From positions 20,629,432 through 20,693,431 of the forward strand of contig NC_092679.1 in the NCBI RefSeq assembly GCF_964355755.1: a DNA stretch of 64,000 bases, read 5' to 3'. The position numbers and the translations under genes are program-made. This DNA is from Antedon mediterranea (Eukaryota; Animalia; Echinodermata). Shown here piece by piece: positions 1 through 11,138 of this stretch; within the stretch, counting starts at the first letter, position 1; each line of letters opens with the position of its first letter. The notes under the pieces were generated by a model. The model was not told where the DNA came from and did not search any database. It worked only from the letters and a program-made list of their open reading frames with translations.

Positions 1-513
1 GAAAACAAACGGCTCAGAATTTACACGTATATACTTTTTCGCAATCGCAGGTGTCGCATCTCCACCTGTAGTATCTAGATAGCTGATAGACCAAAGTTCA
101 CCATTTCGACCTCTTGTTTTTGAGGTCACAACTTCTTCAAACCATGAGCGTACAATCCGTGATGCAGATACCGTATTATTTAGGCTTCCTGACGTATAGG
201 TCAGCCTGAGTTTGGCACTGATTAGAGTGCTTTTATTGAGGTTAGTTGACCCCGAGTCCCACTCACTAGTGCTCTTAAAAGCGTCAATGTCAAACTTCAT
301 TAATATGCAACTTTGGGAGCTTGACGTGGTCCTACCGAGTTCAAGATTTTCCTTGCGATAATTGATACTCCTATCGTCCTCAATGAATGTATCAATAACA
401 GGATTAAAATCGTACAGTCTTTGCAAAACATTCTGCGAAACTACGACCGAAATTACGCACGCAATTATAACGCAAATTTGGCAAGTCCTGAAGACTAAGC
501 TTATTTTAAACAT
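1..513 (-). CDS. Secreted protein with DNRLRE-like domain, 5' part (runs off the window edge)
   Basis: Open frame from ATG at 513 to position 1, 171 codons with no stop: MFKISLVFRTCQICVIIACVISVVVS-QNVLQRLYDFNPVIDTFIEDDRSINYRKENLELGRTTSSSQSCILMKFDIDAF...TLISAKLRLTYTSGSLNNTVSASRIVRSWFEEVVT...GELW. Hydrophobic signal-peptide-like N-terminus. Motif order DT-x-I / NY / L-x-L-G / L-x-KFD / I-SA-x-LRL / R-x-x-x-SW-x-E-x-x-T matches my recollection of DNRLRE domains. Confidence 0.65.
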   Translation of the reverse strand, partial: MFKISLVFRTCQICVIIACVISVVVSQNVLQRLYDFNPVIDTFIEDDRSINYRKENLELGRTTSSSQSCILMKFDIDAFKSTSEWDSGSTNLNKSTLISAKLRLTYTSGSLNNTVSASRIVRSWFEEVVTSKTRGRNGELWSISYLDTTGGDATPAIAKKYIRVNSEPFVF

Positions 514-1003
514 ATTTAAAAGCGAAAACGAATAAAACTGATCAAAAGTTTATATTCAAGTTTTTATTTGTAATTTATAAAAATCAATTTGTATTTTTTT
601 TTAAATTTAATATGTACCTACTATCAATGAATTTTTCAATTTAAATTTTGCAAAATGCGATACATTTCCACGCTATTAAGCAAGTCACGTTTCATTCAAC
701 AATATTGAATACATATCAATCAAACGGGAATGTCATCACTTGTTTGTTTTTCATCAAACAGATTTCATGTAATATTCTTTGTTATTATTCCACCTGTTGT
801 AAATTTCTTCTTATTAGTTCTCAAGTCATTCGCATCTAACCGGAAATATTCAAGTTTATACTCCACTGTTCGATTGGTTTTTGTCTATGTTGTTTACAGT
901 TTCCAAGGAGATTCAATCCATTCCTATGTTGAAAACAAAAAAAACATTAATTACATTTTCAGTTACGGTAATGCAAGGTATTTTGTACAAATTTTAATTT
1001 AAA

Positions 1004-1316
1004 TAATAATAATAATACCACATTTATATAGCGCCCTTTTCATGAGTAATCATGCTCAAGGGCGCTTTACAAGGATTATTACCCCAGTATTTTTTGGGAT
1101 CAAACACGTATGGAAACATACTCCCATAATGCAGCCGGTAACCAGCGCAAAGTTGTGTCTAGATCTAACTGGGTACCCATTTATACACCTGGGTGGAGAG
1201 AGGCAACGTAAGTAAAGTATCTTGCCTACGGATACAAGCAATGCGGCGAGAGTTGGATTCGAACCTAGGTCTGACGATCGGTAGTCCAACGTCCAACACA
1301 CTGCGCCACACGCCCT
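1004..1316 (-). mobile_element. tRNA-derived SINE
   Basis: Minus strand begins GAGGGCGTGTGGCGCAGTGTG (A box) ... GGTTCGAATCC (B box), has a central CCACCCAGGTGTATAAATGGGTACC segment and ends GCGCTATATAAATGTGG(TAT)n. Confidence 0.8.
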
Positions 1317-2979
1317 CACTGAGATTGAAATGAAATATAGATGAATTGTAGATTTACTTTTTACCTAAATTCCTATAAATAAAAATTTTACATTTTCTTT
1401 CTCTTTGGTTGCTAGTACAAATTTCATCATTTTACTATCAGGCCTATAAATATTAATAGTATAATTATATACTGAAAATTTATTTCTCATTTGACCTAAT
1501 AAAAGAAAATATTATATTGGATAACTCGGTTAAACATTTTATTTATGGATCGATTGATTTATGGTCCAATTATAGAATGGTTTTATATACCTGTAGAATG
1601 TAATCTAAAACTGTTTACAGGTTGCTGCAGTAGAACTGTGTTCACCTGCAGTAATTAGTTAATAATAAATTGATAGTTAATTAGTTTACAATCGGTGTGT
1701 TTATTTGTAAATAATAGCATAACATGTGTGACATTCCATATGACTCAGCTTGAACAACAATTACACAAAACAATGCACTCAAATAATAGACTAGCCTGAC
1801 AGAGCATGCAGTATTGTTTGCTTAACAAATTGACAGGAAAAATAAGTTACAGGGAGGGACTTGATGGCAAAAGAATTAGGGACGTTTCATCCCAGGGATA
1901 ATTCAGCTCCGGCATGGAGGTTCTGTGGGATGAGTCAGCCTACTTTTAGCTCAAAAGTCCCACTTTTCAGACCGAAATGACCCACATTTAGGCAGAATCA
2001 AATGATTGTTAATAATATATTTTTGTGGTATTATCAAGGTGTCTGAACTAAACATGCATTATTTGTTTAACGGCCAAATCATAAGGTAAATACAAAATAT
2101 TTGGAAAATTAATTCCATACTAATTTAATTGGAAATAAATAGATGGAATATTTCAACAAGTTACCTTTAGAACAAATCATTTAATTCTAAACTTGAAAAC
2201 ATAACATATTAAAAATGATATAATATTGAAAATAATATAATATTATAACAATATTAACTATATTAATAAATATATTATTAGGAATATTAGGTGTAATAAG
2301 GTATTGTAGCCCAGAGGGTATTTCTTTACTTGGCAGTGACACACTACTAGTAGCTACATGCCTAGAAATTAAACTAAGCTTAGGCTTTAGGACCGAATAA
2401 TTGTCCCCTTAAGGGTGTTCCATTAACATATAGTGCACCACATTCATTTCAAGAGATTTCCTTTCAAATATGGATTTCTCAAAGAAAAGGGGTTCTAGTG
2501 TAAAGGACTTGAACACATAATACATGGTATTACGACAAGCAACAGCCAGGCAACCATTATTTCACAACTCCATCATCGTCCAATTACTTATGACGAGCAA
2601 TGACATTTATATATAACACCCACATACCTGGAACTTCATTACTTTAATGACAGGTTATGGAATAGATTACCGATTCTATATTGTTAAAATCGAGGCAAAC
2701 AAGCCACTGACCTACTTTTCAATATCGTTCGTTTGTGAACAAATAGTCAGTTGTAGAGGAGTAGCTTAAGAATAGAATACAATTTAAACATGTAACTTGA
2801 TACGATATTGTTATATAATACCATTACAGGCTTGAATATATTACTGTATGTGATTTGATAGCATTGTTTCTACTGAACAGGAAAATACAATTTTAAAATC
2901 GTTCCGAAACAGGTTCACAAAAAAAATAACCGATTTTTAAAAACTGATTCCGGTCTTGATCTCTAAAAACTTTTCTTAA

Positions 2980-3309
2980 AGATGTATTGTCCCCCAAAAA
3001 CATGAAAAATGAAGATTAATCAGACTAAATATGCCATTTTGCAGTTTTAATAATAAAAATAATTCACTTCTGTAAAAAAAAAACCAAAATAATAATGATT
3101 TTGTTGATAAAATAGCAAGTTATAAAAAGAAACAGTTAATTTTAACCAAAAACCATTGTCTGACAAACAATTAAGTATTGTTTGCTTTAAATTAAATCAT
3201 TTTTTTTCCGATGCAGATTTTGGTCAAAGTGAATACCGTAACTATATGTGACATTAAAAATGGCAAAAAAATGGAAAAAAAAATTATTTTTAAGGGGGAC
3301 AATATATCT
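2980..3309. mobile_element. MITE with TIR AGATGTATTGTCCCC and TTAA flanks (Kolobok-like)
   Basis: ttaa|agatgtattgtcccc ... ggggacaatatatct|ttaa. Related copies at ~11250-11546, ~12081-12244 (partial), ~23934-24170 (partial), ~30843-30973 and ~48430-48984. Confidence 0.7.
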
Positions 3310-4434
3310 TTAAACCGAGTACAGTTTGTGCAGTCGCAAGGTATGTAAAAATTCTTTTCACTTTGTGGTGCCATCATTGATACAGTATATGCTATGTACT
3401 CTAGTACTCTAGTTACAGTATATAACGAAGTGAACTAGTTTTTCTTAAGAATTTAATTATCTAATGTTACTGAAATGTTTCCCTGTAAACATTTGTGGTG
3501 GTTAATTCCAAAAATAAAATGATTTATAGCTTTTAGAAAAAGTAGTTTCCTCATGATTGTTTTCGTGGTTCTGTGAGGAAATAAGGTAAAAAGTTTTTCT
3601 TACTTCTGATGTGTATTCTATTTAAAAAATACTTTTAAAGTGTTGTTGTCTCCTGATTTTGGAGCTAGCTTTTTTTCTAATGACAAAAAAATTAATAACC
3701 GATAAAATCATAACATTCTGATTATTGCAAGCATAAAGGTAAAATTTTATTGCATAATGGTTTTCTTGAAATTGAAAATTAATGCCGCGATTCATTTAAT
3801 CATGTTTTAAAGAGTCGGTGTCGGTTTATTTTAAATTTGTAGTATAAATCAAAGTCGATGTCCTTTTAAAATATAGTACAATACTTTATTGATATTTAAC
3901 AAGTGTATATATACTTAAAGCTCTGCTAACTTTTCTGGCTGTTTTACTTTATTGTTTTGATTTAGCTTTTCGCTTTTTTTTTTTGTATCTCCATTGAGAT
4001 CCAGCCACTGATACCCACAGCATTGTCATTTTTTCAGTAATTTGCCTTTGGATTTATATATATATTTTGGCCGAACACGTTAAATAAAGAAAAAGAGGAA
4101 TAAATACCTGTTGCTCAGACAATATTAAAAATAAATTTCAGTTTTTTTGGTGGTTAATTAAAAAAAAAATAAGTAGCTTATTAAATGCAAACTTCCTTCT
4201 AAATGATAATAATTTTAGATTAAAAAAACAAAATTGATTTAATAACTATTAGTCATGATTTGGATCAAAACATTTTAGTTTTGTAATGAAGATGAAAGTA
4301 AATATAATATTGATTAAAATCTTCATATTAGACATGATATATCTTTATGAAGTGGAACGTGTGACAGATTCACTTTTTCCAAGTGACTGACTTTATACAA
4401 AGTCCAATCCTACAGTATGTACTGAAATGCCTAG

Positions 4435-5187
4435 GATTAGGCCAAGTTGAGCCGCCACCAGAAAAACGTTATTTTTTATGGAACGCCAAATGCTAACTTT
4501 CGCCGGTGCTCGTTCAATTTATATTAGGGATCGATGTACATTCAAAAGTTTATATATCATGGTTTTTAGTATATATATTATTAAATATTATAATTAAAGA
4601 AATAATTATGAAAATCTGGCTTGTAGATTCCAAAATATAAAACATCACCGAAAGTGATCGTTTTTAGCCAAAAATGACGTAAACAACTAGGTAGGCTTAC
4701 TCCATTTTTCGGTAAAATAATTACATAAAATCACGTTTTTTAGTAAAATATTTTGTGTATTAACATTGTAAAATTCAATAAAATATGATATTAAAAGATT
4801 AGTAAATAAAAAATAATATTTAATTAACCTCATTCGAAGAATGTTAATACTCTATTAATTAGTCCTGAGAGAGGACAACGTGACTTTACGTGGTAGGCCT
4901 ACACGCGGCGAGAAAAATTATGAGTGCACTGAATTTTTTCCTCGAAAGATTAAAAACAAAACAATTACATTATTAAATATTACTACTTTCCTTTGCTGTG
5001 TTGTTAATTATAATATGCAATTATATATTATTTATTTTCATGACACAATAAACCAAGACCATGAACTTATGTACTAGGACACCATCCTAATCACTACGCG
5101 AAATGTCGTAAAAGACGCATGCACTGGGCGTTTCATAGAAATCACCGGCGGCTCAACTTGTCGGTGGCCCAACCGGTCATATCCCAA
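4435..5187. mobile_element. Non-autonomous DNA element with subterminal inverted repeats
   Basis: CAAGTTGAGCCGCC (~4444) is inverted as GGCGGCTCAACTTG (~5147). The right end abuts the start of the duplicated block at ~5187. Confidence 0.5.
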
Positions 5188-5677
5188 ATACCTTTGTCTG
5201 GTGTTAAAAGGTACAAATACAATGCATATTTACTCATGTATTAAAAAACAACTTGCCTAACGCCTTATATTATTTGTTGTGATTTTGCATTGATAAAGTC
5301 ATAAATAGGGTGGCATTACAGTAGCAACAATCATTTCAATACAAAGCAGTACAAGTGAAAAAAAATCACAAAAATAATGTTTATTTTAAACCCTAAAAAA
5401 AAAACACTGTATTAAATACTCATGTATTTATTTCCAAAAATAAAAAAAACACTCGAAATCCCTTCCCGAATTCTCTAATTAAATTTATCCCCATTTAAAC
5501 CATTTACCTAAATATTTCCAAATCTCGCCTTGTTAAAACCAATAGTATTGGGTCAAGAACAGGACAAGGCTATGCTAGATAAGCAATGACCCTAGCCTAG
5601 ATAAGATTAGAAATCCCCCACTCACAACATTGGCCCAATCAGTCAGTGAGTGGTGGTGATGGCCTAGTTAGTACTTA

Positions 5678-5901
5678 CCATTCTCTAGGCGGCAGGGGCT
5701 AAACAACTTAAGGTTTGCATCCTGCTCCTGGATGTTAAAATCATTTACAAATACACTTCCTTCCGTGATTGACTATTAACTGTGAATTTACCTTCTACTT
5801 CTGACGACTTTGATTTCCATACATGCGTTTAAATATCGATCACCTCAGCGCCTCTTAACTACCCGCGTACTAAAGTTTTTTGGTAATTTGGACTTCACCA
5901 T
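5678..5901 (-). pseudogene. Degenerate first-exon-like fragment (paralog at ~10135-10355)
   Basis: ATG GTG AAG TCC AAA ... ending at a G|GTAAGT donor. In-frame stops and frame-breaking indels differ between the two copies; no recognisable product. Confidence 0.3.
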
Positions 5902-6259
5902 TTTAAGCACGGGGTGCAAATAAAATTATATAGAGGGGGTAAATCACAAAAAGGGTTACACTGCAGCAAAGACACATACACAGAAAGTTCCTTTTTAAAT
6001 TCTCAATTTTATATTACAATCTGGAGAAAAATATTTTAAAACAAATGAAAAAGTTAACAAATATAAATACAACTTAATTACAGCAGTACAGCCATTTACA
6101 ATAATAAACATTAAAAAACAAAATACTAGTCGATTAATTAATTAACATTAAGGAATCACAAACTGTTTGTTGTTTTAAAAGTAAAGTTAAAAAGTATCTA
6201 CAGGAACGTACACTAGCACTAGAAACTATTTAATAAGCGCTTCTTCTATTTTTGATAGT

Positions 6260-6482
6260 CCCTTTGCTGTTTTTTTTAGTAATTTTTATATGTTTCATTG
6301 TATGTCTTTTTGCTGTTCTTTCAAAGGACCTCATTGGAAACAAGTCCGTAGAGACTTTTATGAGTTATCCTTGGCATCCTTTCTTGTTTTATTCATGGTT
6401 TTTTATATTTGCTATTTTTAATTGTATGTCTGTGATTTTTTATATATTGATGCCGAAATAAATCAAATCAAATCAAATCAAA
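6260..6482 (+). mobile_element. 3' tail remnant of a retroposon (LINE/SINE)
   Basis: T-rich body ending AAATAAATC(AAATC)n; absent from the paralogous block near 10560-10650. Confidence 0.4.
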
Positions 6483-7420
6483 TTAAATAAAATTAAGTTT
6501 CCTTACAAGCTTACCAATTTATTTTAATGAAAATTGTCATTACTTTTAAAGAGTTTAATTAATTTTAAGTTTTTGAAGTTTAAAATATAATTACAATTAT
6601 AGGGGTAAAAATTGTTTGTCGTCCCAGCTGAAATGTTACGGCACAGGAACGAAGGAGGAAAGGAAGGAAATAAAACATGTGGAAATACACAAAATAGACA
6701 TGTGGAAATAAATTGGTAACGTTTGGTGCTGGTAAAATGATTATATGCATGACAACAAATAAATAAAAATTGAGGAGCAGGTATTGAAATAATAGGGTTG
6801 ATTTGGTAATAATATATTTTAGCAATAATATAGAAAAAATAGGTTAAAAAACTTCCAGCGAGCACAAAGAGACATTTCATACCATATATACAATGCTTTA
6901 TAATACATGGCAACAGTTTGGTTTTAAAATTGCCTTTAAAATAAAAATTCTGTTGTTCTTTATGGTTAATAATTTAACAAGAATATATAAATAATATTAT
7001 GTAAACAATGAACTGGCAATTTTAAGAGAATTGGAAAAATTATAATATTTAATATTCAATAATTATAAATTTAGAAAACGACATACGACATACTGAAAAA
7101 GGAGAAGGTAAAATAGTTGCTTAAAATCATTTATTATCAATGCAAATCTTTCATTTTTATGTATACTATTTATTTTTGTTCCACTGACTTTGTTGATAAT
7201 AAAATATAAGTTATGATATATTTTTTATGCGTATGTTTTCAAGCTTTTAGCTAGCTAGTCAGAGACTACCTAGGCCTAGCCGCCTAGGTTCTTTTCACTT
7301 CCGTATACGTGTATCCAGTCAGCGTTCGTTATATGTTGATTATGTACACAGTCTAAAATATGCAACATGTTTCTATTTAATTTATAATAATTATTTATAT
7401 ATAATTATCTATATATTTAA

Positions 7421-8046
7421 AGCCCCATTCCTTACGTTTTTTAGATCTAATTTAAGATCACAAACTATATTTAATGTAAAAATAATACTATATGGTCCTA
7501 TTGCGATAACTTTTTTCGTCTTTAAACGGTTAAAAATGTGAAAAATAAGTCGATTTTAATAATTATAGCGGCCCGCTATAAATCCCAAAATGCATTGCGC
7601 GCGGATTGATATTTTTGTTTTTCACCTGTAATTCGCCCACTTTTCGATCGATCGTGAGGCCAAAACAAATGGAAGACTCCTAACTTTTCAGCGAAAATAC
7701 CGGGTTTTCCCCAATTTGTATCAACGGAGTCTGGCAAAAATAGAAAGACAATTAATGCAGCAACTATACAACGTCAGGCTAGGTATATAGCTAGCGTACG
7801 ATGTTCGTACGTTACCGATGTTTACCAGCTAGGCCTACAAAACTAAGCCTAGCCAGGCTAGGCCTAAGACCGTCCACGAGAGGTCGATCGCCGCGAGCTA
7901 CTTAGGTAGTGCATTGTTTCTCACTTTTTATCATAATTTACCATAAAACGTACATTTAAGACAAGGAATGACATGGTTTAATGTTTTTAAAGTGATATAT
8001 ATGTATTATTTTCCAAAAAACGTCCAAAATTGCAGGGAAGGGGTCT
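7421..8046. mobile_element. TTAA-flanked non-autonomous DNA transposon (Kolobok-like) upstream of the BAF copy 1 coding region
   Basis: ttaa|agccccattcc ... ggaaggggtct|ttaa imperfect TIR; absent at the equivalent position of BAF copy 2 (~17900-17990). Confidence 0.6.
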
Positions 8047-8341
8047 TTAATATATAGTTATATGTTTTTATGTTTTGTGAGTGCAAATCAATAGTATTCC
8101 TTTTTAACACTATTGTGTTATTCTAATTAGAAACTTAGTAGGTGCAATGATTTACCGTATTTATAATTGTCTAGAATTTGTAGTTATTATCACCTAATCA
8201 TTCAGGGAAAAATTTCAACTTAAAAATTTTGAGTTGAGAAATATAGTTTTGTATTGTATTTTTTGCTACACAATTTCAGAAATGTATAGCAATAAGGTTG
8301 TTTTGTATAGCTTTTTGCTATGCTACACTATTCCCTGCATA

Positions 8342-8968
8342 ATGTCAAGCATATCACAGAAACACCGAGATTTTGTTAGTGAACCTATGGGAGAGAAACT
8401 TGTGACAGATGTAGCTGGAATTGGCGATGTGTTGGGTAAAAGGTTGGAAGATGCAGGCTTTAATAAGGTATACAGAGTTCACCAAATAAGCTCTAAGAAC
8501 ATGGAAGAGGAACATCAGTTTCCCCTGGTTTTAGTTAAATTATTTTCAAATGAAATTCAGTTTGTTATGGTGTAACGGCTATGAGCGTTCACTGGCTAAA
8601 ACCTAGAGAAAAAAAGACATTCAAATATGTCGAAAAAGGCTAAGGATGGCCAAGGCCTCCAGTGTTGGAGGGCCGGCCACCAGTTCATAACCCAGTGGCA
8701 TCTGTGTTACGCCACTGCCGCCCAACAGGTTCCCTATACAAACAGATAAATGTTGTACCATTATAACTATTTAACTATATAAATAAAATAATTTCATTGT
8801 TTTGCTTCCTTTCTTTTGCAGGCATATGTTTTACTAGGCCAGTTCTTGATTTTGCATAAACAGGAGGATTTGTTTACAGATTGGCTGGAAATTACAGTGC
8901 GTACCAATAGCAAGCAACAGGCTGACTGTTACAATTGCCTCAAAGAGTGGTGCGATGCCTTCCTTTGA
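8342..8968 (+). CDS. BANF1: Barrier-to-autointegration factor, copy 1 (90 aa; exons 8342-8467, 8822-8968)
   Basis: [42 protein letters not shown]|[48 protein letters not shown]; phase-0 GT-AG intron; BAF hallmarks KHRDF..EPMGEK, AGIG, LGQFL, EWCDAFL. Confidence 0.96.
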
Positions 8969-11138
8969 ATCAGACATTTGATACATATTACCTTATTGAT
9001 TCGGATTCAATCAACCGTAATTAATTAATATGTTTTTATATTATTCCTTCGCTAATTTCAATTTTTATAGAACAACTGACAAGTGTAAACACTTTAGAGG
9101 AACATTGAATTTATAAATAAGAAAAGGGCTTATTTTTTAATAATATAAACAATTAGTGTTAATAGCTTTAGCAATTCTTCAATGTTATACTGACCTGTAG
9201 GAAACTGCAAAAATGTCACTATATTCTGCCCTTGTTATTGTGGTATAAACACATGCTTTGATATGTTTAGGGCCTGTTCACACTACCAAAAAAAAACCAG
9301 ATATATATATTATTAACATGACTGTCAGTAGTTTGAGTATAATTTGTAAAAATTAAATTAATAATACTGTGTTAATTGCCATAAAAATGACTAAAAGAAA
9401 AATTATGGTGTACCGTATTTACACATTTAGGGTGTTGGTTCGATCATTTTTAAATCTTATATTGTTTTTTGGGATTAATTAACATTGCTGAATTCTTCCA
9501 AATAATATTTTCAGATAATTGAAAAAATGAAAATAGTATTGATTGTATTTAGAAAAACTGGTGAATAAAAATTGATGCTTTGCTATAAATTGTTCGCAGT
9601 TTGTGGATTCTTATTTAAGGTGAAATTTTGTTGTTTCTTGACAATTAGAAAAACACAAAGAAACTATGTGTAGACCCGTCTCTGAAAACTAGAAACTTGC
9701 CCAACAAAAGTCAAGTTAAATACCTTTGTCTGGTGTTATATGCACCAATACAATACATACTTACTCCAAGTACTTGCTTAACCCCAATATCATATTTTGC
9801 ATTGATTGAAGGTCATAAATACAATAAAAATCACAAAAACAATTTTCATATTAAACCCTTAATTTTAAAAAAGAACTGTAATATACTCATAGTTACTTTA
9901 TTTGATTTTAGAAAATAAAAAAAAATTAACGCTCTACCTCCCCAATTAGATTTATCCACATTAAAATAATTTAGATAAAGTTTTCCAAATCTCAAACCAG
10001 TAGTGTTGGGTCAAGAACAGGACAAGGCTATGCTACATAAGCAATGACCCTAGCCTAGATAAGATTAGAAATCCCCACTCACAACATTGGCCCAACCAGT
10101 CGGTCAGTGGTGGTGATGGCCTAGTTAGTACTTACCATTCTCTAGGCAGCAGGGGCTAAACAACGTAAGGTTTGCATCCTGGAAGACAGCCTCCTGGATG
10201 TTAAAATCATTTACAAATAGACTTCCTTCCGTGATTGAGTATTAACTGTAAATTTACCTTCTACTTCTGACGACTTTGATTTCCATCACCTCAGTGCCTC
10301 TTAACTTCCCGTCCTGCCGTGTGCTAAAGTTTTTTGATAATTTGGACTTCACCATTTTAAGAATGGGGTGCAAATAAAATTATATAGAGGAGGTGAATAA
10401 AAAAAAAGTGGTTACACTGCACCAAAGATACACAATACACCGAAAATTACTTTTTTGAATTCTCAATTTTATATTACAATCTGGAGGAAAATATTTTAAA
10501 ACAAATGAAAAAGTTAACAAATATAAATACAACTTAATTACGGCAGTACAGCCATTTACAATAATAACAAAACAGGAACGTTTAAAATATTTTGTTGGGT
10601 TATAACTTAAATATAAGGTAATTTGTATACAGTATATATTTATGAAATAAAACATGTGGAAATACACAAAATAGACATGTGGAAATAAATTGGTAACGTT
10701 TGGTGTCAGTAAAATGATTATATGCATGACAACAAATCAACAAAAAAAAAAATTGAGCAGGTATTGAAATAATAGGGTTGATTCGGTAATAATATATTTA
10801 GCAAAAAATAGGTTAAAAAACTTCCAGCGAGCAAAAAGAGACATTTCATACCATATATACAATGCTTTATAATACATGGCAACAGTTCTAAAATTGCCTT
10901 TAAAAACAGTTCTGCTGTTTATTATGGAGGTTGATCATTTTTTTTCTCAAAAAGAAACCTTTTTCTTTTTAATAAATTACTTTCCATTTTTTATTCAAAT
11001 ATACCTGATATCAAATTAATTTATGATGTTGTTTTTTTACAGCCTGGGATCACATTAGCACATTATTTTCTTCTGATAGGTTTTTTCAGTCAAAACAACA
11101 AGAATTATAAAAAAATGTCAAAATGTGTTTACTTCTAA

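Larger units (their letters stand above)
5187..9717 (+). repeat. Segmental tandem duplicate of 9718-19635 lacking the sororin gene
   Basis: 5187-6960 aligns with 9718-10925; 7000-7400 aligns with 16600-16850 plus 17780-17900; 8060-9717 aligns with 18000-19635. Confidence 0.85.

Noticed and set aside
1240-1316. tRNA gene (also 42402-42470 and 43285-43355)
   Set aside because: A and B boxes are present but there is no complete cloverleaf, and each continues into a SINE body and tail.
6252-6913. Hydrophobic F/I/L-rich ORFs (also 10380-10727, 41581-41799, 50985-51173)
   Set aside because: Low-complexity translations of AT-rich non-coding DNA; frames are not conserved between the duplicated blocks.
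8468-8575. BAF isoform extended through the intron (VYRVHQISS...)
   Set aside because: The canonical BAF C-terminal half lies in exon 2 with clean splice sites. The shared intronic frame reflects duplication and stops at different points in the two copies.
8500-8750. Intronic RNase P/MRP or telomerase RNA
   Set aside because: Superficial similarity only; the P4-forming conserved regions and a telomeric template are not visible.
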